NCBI GenBank assembly: GCA_039798825.1
Contig: JBDKFI010000001.1
Span: 1 to 39,785 of the forward strand
Source: Candidatus Parcubacteria bacterium
GTDB taxonomy: Bacteria > Patescibacteriota > Minisyncoccia > Phycocordibacterales > UBA5272
Reading direction: 5' to 3'
Length of the DNA stretch: 39,785 nucleotides
Below, piece after piece: positions 24,880 to 32,568 of this stretch. Both the position numbers and the translations under genes were made by a program. Below the pieces are notes generated by a model. It saw only the letters and a program-made list of their open reading frames with translations, was not told where the DNA came from and ran no database searches. Every line of letters begins with the position of its first letter. Position 1 is the stretch's first letter.

Positions 24880-25728
24880 ATGCAAACAAAAGTTATTAAA
24901 CAAAAGATAAAAAGCGTCGGCTCCATCAAGAAAATTACTAAAACGATGGAGATGGTTTCTGCTGCAAAGATGAAGAAAGCGACAGACCAAGCTCTCACGG
25001 TTCGTCCTTTTCACCAGGAAGCACAAGAACTTCTGGAGGATCTTTCGCTTGACCCGCTTGTTGCACATGATCTTCTTAGTCACAACGGTGTGCGCGACGA
25101 AGTGATTGTTATCGTTGCTTCAAATAAAGGTTTGTGTGGAAGCTACAATGTGAACGTGTATCGTAAACTACTCGAAGCATACAGCGAAGAGGAGAGAAAG
25201 CATCTGAAAATTGTTGCGTTTGGTAAATACGCAGAAAAGGTTGCAAAGAAACTTCACGCAGAGACACTTGCTTCGTTCACACATCCAGTCCTTACAGGGG
25301 ATGATGCACGAGTTGTTGCTAACCTCCTTGTGGAATGGTACAAGGCTCGCACCATTGGAACTGTTCGAATTCTCTACACTCATTTCACGTCTGCTACCAC
25401 ATTTACACCGACACTGTTGCAACTCCTTCCATTTTCTTCTGAAGGAAAGCCAGACAGTCATGGTGAACCTCGTTATGAGTACGAACCAGATCAAGAAACT
25501 GTACTCTCAACTATTATCCCTATGATGATTCACAATATCATTTACGGAGCAATTCTTGAGAGCTATGCATCAGAGCATTCTGCACGTATGTTTGCCATGA
25601 AGTCTGCTACAGATAACGCAAGTGAGCTCCAAGACGAACTGAAGCTGTACTACAACCGAGCGCGTCAAGAGCGCGTGACGCAAGAAATATCTGAAATTGT
25701 GAGCGGAGCACTTGCCGCTGCCGGGTAA
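24880..25728 (+). CDS. atpG: F0F1 ATP synthase subunit gamma
   Basis: 282 aa. The N-terminus is IKQKIKSVGSIKKITKTMEMVSAAKMKKA and the C-terminus is YNRARQERVTQEISEIVSGA. Confidence 0.92.
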   Translation: MQTKVIKQKIKSVGSIKKITKTMEMVSAAKMKKATDQALTVRPFHQEAQELLEDLSLDPLVAHDLLSHNGVRDEVIVIVASNKGLCGSYNVNVYRKLLEAYSEEERKHLKIVAFGKYAEKVAKKLHAETLASFTHPVLTGDDARVVANLLVEWYKARTIGTVRILYTHFTSATTFTPTLLQLLPFSSEGKPDSHGEPRYEYEPDQETVLSTIIPMMIHNIIYGAILESYASEHSARMFAMKSATDNASELQDELKLYYNRARQERVTQEISEIVSGALAAAG

Positions 25729-25760
25729 AGTGGTCACAATTTCAAATTTTTAATTTTTAA

Positions 25761-27215
<1,455 letters not shown>

Positions 27216-27296
27216 ATCTAAGGTATAAGTGCTAAGTAGTAAGGAATAAGTAAAACATGCAACCCTTAAGACTTAAGCCTTAATACGTAACCCTTT

Positions 27297-27713
27297 ATGT
27301 TAAAGCTCAAAGTAGTCACTCCCGATAAAGTGCTCGTCGACGAAATCATCGACAGTGTTTCTATCCCAACCACAACGGGTGTGATTAGTGTGCGAAGTAA
27401 ACACGTACCACTTGTTTCTACGATTAAATCAGGGGAGATGATTGTCTACAAAGCAGGAACAGGGCTTGGGTATGCTGTGTTTAAAGGTTTGGTGAACGTG
27501 CGCCCTCACCGTAAGGGACTCACTGAAGTTGTGGTATTGCTTGAGCGATCAGAACCTATCGAAGAACTTGATCATGCACGTGCAGAAGAAGCGCTTGCTC
27601 GTGCACGGGCCATGGCAGACGAGAAGGATGATGACGTAGACTTCGGACTTTTCGAAGGACTTATTGAAAAGGAACTCAATCGTGTGAAGATCGCAAGGAA
27701 ATATAAGAGATAG
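27297..27713 (+). CDS. atpC: F0F1 ATP synthase subunit epsilon
   Basis: 138 aa with a beta-sandwich N-terminal part (LKVVTPDKVLVDE..) and a helical C-terminal part (RAEEALARARAM). Confidence 0.88.
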   Translation: MLKLKVVTPDKVLVDEIIDSVSIPTTTGVISVRSKHVPLVSTIKSGEMIVYKAGTGLGYAVFKGLVNVRPHRKGLTEVVVLLERSEPIEELDHARAEEALARARAMADEKDDDVDFGLFEGLIEKELNRVKIARKYKR

Positions 27714-27761
27714 CTGGGGGAGATAGACAGGAGACAGCAGACAATAGAAAGATAACAGAAC

Positions 27762-27789
27762 AAAAAAGCCTTACATATAAGGCTTTTTT
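27762..27789. terminator. bidirectional intrinsic terminator after atpC
   Basis: aaaaaa, agcctta, cata, taaggct, ttttt. Confidence 0.8.
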
Positions 27790-27819
27790 GTATGTATTGG
27801 ATTTTGTTATAAAAAAGAC

Positions 27820-27847
27820 TTGACAATTCTTGAGAATTTGATATCAT
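27820..27847 (+). promoter_or_regulatory. promoter TTGACA-N16-TATCAT for the ncRNA candidate
   Basis: TTGACA at 27820-27825 and TATCAT at 27842-27847. Confidence 0.55.
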
Positions 27848-27852
27848 TAGTA

Positions 27853-28045
27853 GTGACCAGAGGTTTGGTCGGGGTCCACCCGTCCTGTAATCTCTAGTAG
27901 ATCTTGATGTTTGAGGAATGGTCAGCCTTAATAAACGTCAAGATAGGAACGTACGATCCGAAATTTCGTACGGGAGATTTGCCTCCTTAAATGGCAAACC
28001 GTCAAGGACCTGACGCGAGCCCCCAGCATGTGCTGGGGGCTTTTT
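27853..28045 (+). ncRNA. ~190-nt structured non-coding RNA candidate of unknown class
   Basis: No ORF; it lies between a good promoter and a strong terminator (gcccccag catg ctgggggc ttttt, 28019-28045). Internal hairpins are 27855-59/27866-70, 27901-09/27936-44 (9 bp), 27950-56/27966-72 (7 bp) and 28000-04/28011-15. Confidence 0.45.
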
Positions 28046-28106
28046 ACATTTTGATCTTTTTTCAATATATAAAAATATTGATTCATTCTTGTTTCAAGCT
28101 TCTATT

Positions 28107-28886
28107 TTACCGTGGGAAGAAAATGGCAAACACGATGATACCGACTATGATGCGATAGAATCCGAACGCGACAAACGTATGTTTGCGAACATAGTCCAAG
28201 AATAGTTTGATGACAAAGGTGGCGATCACAAATGAGGTGACCATACCAACTGCGAGCGTCGAAAGATTGCCCGTTTGAAGCACAACATCTGCATGTTTGT
28301 ATATCGAATAGAGCGTGGCGGCTGACATGGTTGGAACCGCAAGGAGAAATGTGAATTCTGTGAGCATCGATCGGTCTAATTTCATAAGTAATCCTCCAAC
28401 AATGACAGAGCCAGAACGAGATACACCCGGGATCATGGCAAGTACTTGATAGAGTCCAAGGAGAAATGCTTGCTTCACGGAAACATCGTGATGTAGTTTC
28501 GTTTCTCCGTTTTGCTGTGCTTTGTAGTAGCTGTTTTCAACGAAGAGGATGATGATTCCACCAACAAACAATGACACACCAACGATAAGAGGACTTGTGA
28601 GAAGTGCTTTTAAGTGTGGATAGATCACAAACCCGGCGATGCCGGTTGGGATAAATGCAACTGCGAGGCGCTTGATCATCGGAGCGGTGAAGATGCGTTT
28701 CCAGTACATGTAGAGCACTGCACCTATTGCACCGAGTTGAATTGCAACTTCAAATGCTATCAAGAAATCTGTCTGAGCGATCTTTAGTATGTGTGACGCA
28801 AGGATGAGGTGTCCTGTAGAAGAAATTGGGAGGAATTCAGTGAGTCCTTCGATGATACCGAGGTAGAGTGCTTGAATAATGTTCAT
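28107..28886 (-). CDS. uppP: undecaprenyl-diphosphate phosphatase UppP (BacA)
   Basis: 259 aa from MNIIQALYLGIIEGLTEFLPISSTGHL, with PGVSRSG and eight TM helices. The start at 28886 fits the TGGTATGAT box 6 nt upstream. Confidence 0.9.
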   Translation of the reverse strand: MNIIQALYLGIIEGLTEFLPISSTGHLILASHILKIAQTDFLIAFEVAIQLGAIGAVLYMYWKRIFTAPMIKRLAVAFIPTGIAGFVIYPHLKALLTSPLIVGVSLFVGGIIILFVENSYYKAQQNGETKLHHDVSVKQAFLLGLYQVLAMIPGVSRSGSVIVGGLLMKLDRSMLTEFTFLLAVPTMSAATLYSIYKHADVVLQTGNLSTLAVGMVTSFVIATFVIKLFLDYVRKHTFVAFGFYRIIVGIIVFAIFFPR

Positions 28887-28892
28887 GAAATA

Positions 28893-28901
28893 ATCATACC
28901 A
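28893..28901 (-). promoter_or_regulatory. extended -10 box TGGTATGAT, 6 nt before the uppP ATG
   Basis: Reverse complement of 28893-28901. Confidence 0.5.
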
Positions 28902-28912
28902 CAGCAGGTGTG

Positions 28913-28921
28913 TGGTATTCT
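28913..28921 (+). promoter_or_regulatory. extended -10 box TGGTATTCT, 6 nt before the PAP2 ATG 28928
   Basis: TGG at 28913-28915, TATTCT at 28916-28921, spacer tcatac. Confidence 0.5.
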
Positions 28922-28927
28922 TCATAC

Positions 28928-29389
28928 ATGCATTTCGTTATTCTTTTTTGTGCTATCGTGCTTATCTTTGTCGCCATCCTCTTTGCTTTCTTTCGTGTCC
29001 TTGTGCGACACGAAAAGAAGCATCACCTGAGACATATTGTGATGCTTGCGGGCACCTCTCTTGGTTCGTGGTACGCGGCGTTTTTTCTTAAGAATGTGTT
29101 GCTACTCCCACGGCCTGACGCTACACATGCATTGTTTCATCCACTTGCTATGTATAGTCATGGACTACCGTCGGGTCATGCTGCGTTTATGTTTGCACTT
29201 GCTTCGACGATGCACTTTTTCGATAAACGCGCAGGGAAACTCTTGTACATACTTGCATTCATAACAGGCGTGGCACGCATCCTCGCAGGGGTGCATTTTT
29301 GGTATGACATCGTTGCAGGAGCTCTGCTTGGTATCACTGTTTCGTTTGTGGTGGTGACGCTCTGCAATCGTTTGATTGTGAGGAGGTAG
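28928..29389 (+). CDS. PAP2-superfamily (BcrC/PgpB-like) lipid phosphatase
   Basis: 153 aa with the PAP2 signature pieces LPRPD, PSGHAAF and ARILAGVHFWYDIVAGA. Confidence 0.85.
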   Translation: MHFVILFCAIVLIFVAILFAFFRVLVRHEKKHHLRHIVMLAGTSLGSWYAAFFLKNVLLLPRPDATHALFHPLAMYSHGLPSGHAAFMFALASTMHFFDKRAGKLLYILAFITGVARILAGVHFWYDIVAGALLGITVSFVVVTLCNRLIVRR

Positions 29390-29424
29390 ATGACTTTTTA
29401 ATTGTTGAAGGCTTGGTATTCGTG

Positions 29425-29433
29425 TGGTAGGAT
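29425..29433 (+). promoter_or_regulatory. extended -10 box TGGTAGGAT for the small basic ORF
   Basis: It lies 42 nt before ATG 29476, and the leader carries AGGAGG. Confidence 0.45.
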
Positions 29434-29475
29434 TGAGGTGAAATTCTTTCCCAACCACTCCTACAGGAGGTTCCC

Positions 29476-29664
29476 ATGGCCAAAGCAACCACCGTCGGAA
29501 ACGGCGATTTGAGCAAGTCCCTGCGCCAAAAAGGTGCCAAGCCGGAAGACGCACACGGCTTGAAGGACATCGTCCGCACGTCGATGTCACAGACACCGCC
29601 TCATCGACGCACCATGAAGTCGAGCTTCACTGTCGGCGCACCGGTTCCTCCGAGGAGGTGGTGA
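29476..29664 (+). CDS. orphan small basic protein (62 aa)
   Basis: AGGAGG lies 5 nt before the ATG and a perfect terminator lies 21 nt after the stop. The sequence is MAKATTVGNGDLSKSLRQKGAKPEDAHGLKDIVRTSMSQTPPHRRTMKSSFTVGAPVPPRRW (12 K/R against 4 D/E). Confidence 0.45.
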   Translation: MAKATTVGNGDLSKSLRQKGAKPEDAHGLKDIVRTSMSQTPPHRRTMKSSFTVGAPVPPRRW

Positions 29665-29685
29665 GCGGGTGTCTCCTCCCTGTGC

Positions 29686-29720
29686 AATGCACCGTCCTCG
29701 GTAGAGGACGGTGCATTTTT
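29686..29720 (+). terminator. intrinsic terminator, 14-bp perfect stem
   Basis: aatgcaccgtcctc, ggta, gaggacggtgcatt, ttt. Confidence 0.8.
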
Positions 29721-29813
29721 CATAGTGTATTCACCAGTATTTTTCTATCTACATGCTACACTTTTTGGTATGAGTATAGGTTTCTCTCTTCCTCAATCTT
29801 TTTCTTGCTCTCT

Positions 29814-32042
29814 ATGAAGCTCTCATACATCACCCTTCAAGGATTCAAATCCTTCGCCAAGAAAACAACACTTGATGTCACTCACAGTCTGACGGGTGTT
29901 GTTGGTCCAAACGGTTCTGGTAAATCTAACGTCGCAGAAGCGATACGTTTTGTGCTTGGTGAACAATCTATGAAGTCCATGCGTGGAAAGATAGGCGCTG
30001 ATGTCATTTTCAAGGGCTCTGAGCATCTCTCACCGCTTTCTCGTGCATCTGTGGTGATGGTGATCGACAACAAAGATAAAGGAGATGTTTCGCACGCTTC
30101 TGAAACCCTTGCGCCATACCTTGTGTACGACGAGCTCACACTTGCTCGTACGATCTATTCTGACGGTACAAGCGATTATCTTTTAAATGATGCAAAGATA
30201 CGTCTGAAGGATGTTCAGGAACTGCTTTCGTTTGCTGGTATTGGAGGAAGTGCACACACCATCATCAATCAAGGTGAGGCAGATAGGATACTGCTTGCGT
30301 CTCCGAAGGATCGCAAAGAAGCGCTTGAAGATGCGCTCGGTCTTCGTATTTTCCATCTTCGTCTAGGAGAGAGTAAACGCAAACTCGAACGTGTAAAAGT
30401 ACATGTGCATGAAGTTGAACTTCTGCGCAAAGAAATCAAACCTCATTTGGATCATTTGAAACGACAGGTGGATAAAATCGCTTCGCAAGAAGAAGAGAGA
30501 AAGAAGCTCCATGCGCTTTTAGTTGCGTATCTCAAGCGTGAAGAGGCGGAACTAACAGAGCTTCACGATCGTATACGTGAACAGGGAACATCGGCTTCAC
30601 TTCTCCTTATTGCTGATTCAATCAAAAAAGAAGTGCATCTTCTGAAGGAGTCACATACGGACGGGTCTACGGTATCTCTCCAAGAAAAACAAACGGCACA
30701 AGCCGAAATGCGCGGACTACTCGAGAGGCGAGATCAGATTGCAAAGACGCTTGGTCGTCTGGAGGCCGAGAAAGCATACTTACAAAAAGAGCTCCACAAA
30801 GAAGAAGATGGCAAAGCTATAACCCTTGATGGAGATGTGTGGAATAGTGCACATACTGCGATTTCATATGGTATCGAGAACATTTCATCCGCGCTCACCA
30901 TTTCAGATGTTTCTCAAGCTCAGATACATGTAGAGACTTTGAAAGAATCGACAGACTCTTTCTTTGGCGCTCATCGTACACGCGAAGACGGACGCAAAGC
31001 ATCCATGGTGTCGGATATTGCTACTATTGACACAGCTATTGTGGAGTACGAAGCGAAAGAAAAGTCTATTTCATCTGAGATGGTAATGCTACAGGATCGC
31101 ATCGATGCTTTTGATACAACAGCACAAGCAACACTTGCGTCTAAGTATGAGGAGGAAAAGAAAGTGATGATGCTTGAGAGTAAGTACCGTGAACTACAGA
31201 GCTCAATTGCGCTGCGTCTCCAAGAAGAAGAAGGGTATACACTTCGTAAAAACCATTTTGACGCATTACTGCAAGAAGGGGTGCTTGTTGTTGGTCGAGA
31301 AGTGCTCGAATACAAAGCACACAGCACAGATGATAGGTATACCGATACACCAAAACAAGATCTCCTGCGTGCTATTGAGCGCTCTAAGCTTCGCATAGAA
31401 GAAGCTGGTGTACCGAATCGAGAAGAAGTCATTTCTGAATACAATACGACACGAGAGCGTGATGAATACCTTACACAAGAGCTTGCTGACATCAAACAAA
31501 GCGAAGAGAAACTGCTTGCACTTATCGTTGACCTTGAGACGACGTTACAAACTCGTTTTGCAGAAGGGGTGAAAGAGGTATCGAAGATTTTCAGTGAATT
31601 TTTTGGAGAAGTGTTTATCGGAGGAAAGGGCAAGCTTTCTGTTGTTGAAATCGTAAAAGTAGATGAAGAAGGAAATCAGATTACCGAGCACGGTATCGAC
31701 ATTGATGTGTCGCTTCCAAACAAGAAAGTGAAAGAGATCAGCATGTTCTCAGGCGGTGAGCGTGCGCTTGTATCTATCGCACTCCTCTTTGCGATGTCTT
31801 CGATCACACCACCACCATTTATGGTGCTCGATGAAACAGATGCACCACTTGATGAAGCAAATGCACGAAAGTATGGTGTCATGCTCAAGCGACTAGCAGA
31901 GAAAAGCAAATTACTCGTGATCACCCACAATCGCGAAACGATGAATCATTGCGATATGCTCTATGGAGTGACGATTGGAGTAGATGGATCATCCAAGCTC
32001 CTTTCGATAGATTTCAAAGAAGCAGAAGCGTTAGCGCAATAA
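29814..32042 (+). CDS. smc: SMC-family chromosome-condensation ATPase, short form (742 aa)
   Basis: The N-terminus is MKLSYITLQGFKSF..GPNGSGKSN (Walker A). The C-terminus has the signature FSGGERALVSIALLFA and Walker B FMVLDETDAPLD, with long coiled-coil text between. The upstream part of the track ORF crosses a terminator. Confidence 0.85.
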   Translation: MKLSYITLQGFKSFAKKTTLDVTHSLTGVVGPNGSGKSNVAEAIRFVLGEQSMKSMRGKIGADVIFKGSEHLSPLSRASVVMVIDNKDKGDVSHASETLAPYLVYDELTLARTIYSDGTSDYLLNDAKIRLKDVQELLSFAGIGGSAHTIINQGEADRILLASPKDRKEALEDALGLRIFHLRLGESKRKLERVKVHVHEVELLRKEIKPHLDHLKRQVDKIASQEEERKKLHALLVAYLKREEAELTELHDRIREQGTSASLLLIADSIKKEVHLLKESHTDGSTVSLQEKQTAQAEMRGLLERRDQIAKTLGRLEAEKAYLQKELHKEEDGKAITLDGDVWNSAHTAISYGIENISSALTISDVSQAQIHVETLKESTDSFFGAHRTREDGRKASMVSDIATIDTAIVEYEAKEKSISSEMVMLQDRIDAFDTTAQATLASKYEEEKKVMMLESKYRELQSSIALRLQEEEGYTLRKNHFDALLQEGVLVVGREVLEYKAHSTDDRYTDTPKQDLLRAIERSKLRIEEAGVPNREEVISEYNTTRERDEYLTQELADIKQSEEKLLALIVDLETTLQTRFAEGVKEVSKIFSEFFGEVFIGGKGKLSVVEIVKVDEEGNQITEHGIDIDVSLPNKKVKEISMFSGGERALVSIALLFAMSSITPPPFMVLDETDAPLDEANARKYGVMLKRLAEKSKLLVITHNRETMNHCDMLYGVTIGVDGSSKLLSIDFKEAEALAQ

Positions 32043-32075
32043 AAAATGAAAAGGCCAGCGACGAAAGTCGCTGGC
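32041..32075 (-). terminator. intrinsic terminator of the minus-strand orphan gene
   Basis: gccagcgac (32054-62), gaaa, gtcgctggc (32067-75), with an A-rich run at 32041-32053 that is a U-tract on the minus strand. Confidence 0.7.
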
Positions 32076-32093
32076 TGAGGAAGGGTACATCTC

Positions 32094-32312
32094 TTACAGG
32101 TTGACAGCACCGTTGGCGCCGTACTGCATGCAGGTGGTGACAACCATCTGGTCGCCCAGGATGATGAGCACCGGCATTGGGGCTGCCGGCGGCTGGCTCA
32201 AGTTGGCGTGGGCGAGGTTGCCCGTGAACAGGACCTCGATGTTGTCCTTCTGGAGAGCGGTCATGCACGCGTCCCGTTCCTCGGGAGTGGAAAAGAAAAC
32301 CAAGAACTTCAT
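32094..32312 (-). CDS. orphan hypothetical protein (72 aa), GC-rich cassette
   Basis: The sequence MKFLVFFSTPEERDACMTALQKDNIEVLFTG.. looks protein-like. It has its own TTGACA promoter, a weak AAAGG SD and its own terminator. The overlapping frames give junk translations. Confidence 0.5.
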   Translation of the reverse strand: MKFLVFFSTPEERDACMTALQKDNIEVLFTGNLAHANLSQPPAAPMPVLIILGDQMVVTTCMQYGANGAVNL

Positions 32313-32357
32313 GATGGGCCTTTCTGCCGGGTGCTCGCAGTATTTGCGAGTGAAACA

Positions 32358-32386
32358 ACACTACAACTTATTTATTATTTTGTCAA
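32358..32386 (-). promoter_or_regulatory. promoter TTGACA-N17-TAGTGT
   Basis: Reverse complement of 32381-32386 is TTGACA and of 32358-32363 is TAGTGT. Confidence 0.5.
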
Positions 32387-32424
32387 AATGTTTTTGTATC
32401 CAACAGTCCCCAATCCTTCACGTT

Positions 32425-32447
32425 AAAAAGCGCCCGCGGAAGCGGGT
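32425..32447 (-). terminator. terminator-like hairpin oriented for the minus strand
   Basis: aaaaag c gcccgc ggaa gcgggt on the plus strand. On the minus strand this reads as a stem followed by gcttttt. Confidence 0.4.
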
Positions 32448-32548
32448 AGCTGAGATAGAGTGCATTTCTTAGCAAAGAAATGACACAGCTTTTTAAGGTG
32501 GAGGATTAAAAAGAAAAAGTGTTTATTTTAAATAAAACATGCGTTTCG

Positions 32549-32557
32549 TGGTATAGT
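32549..32557 (+). promoter_or_regulatory. extended -10 box TGGTATAGT, 11 nt before the rnr ATG
   Basis: TGG at 32549-32551, TATAGT at 32552-32557, ATG at 32569. Confidence 0.5.
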
Positions 32558-32568
32558 TAAAAGAATAT

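Noticed and set aside
27913-27927. GAGGAAUGGUCAGCC in the ncRNA candidate resembling the RNase P CR-I motif GAGGAAAGUCC
   Set aside because: The transcript is only ~190 nt and lacks the other conserved RNase P regions, so the resemblance is probably coincidental. SRP RNA is also unlikely, since there is no GGAAGCAGC helix-8 motif.
29165-29596. 143-aa and 81-aa minus-strand ORFs spanning the PAP2 3' end and the small basic gene
   Set aside because: They overlap the well-supported PAP2 CDS in antisense and have no RBS or promoter.
29658-29813. N-terminal extension of the smc ORF
   Set aside because: It crosses the strong terminator at 29686-29720. The canonical SMC N-terminus MKLSYITLQGFKSF begins at 29814.
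32014-32472. Alternative ORFs (115 aa minus, 123 aa and 72 aa plus) overlapping the 72-aa orphan
   Set aside because: They give Pro/Arg/His-rich junk translations and cross the terminator or promoter. Only the 32094-32312 frame has expression signals.
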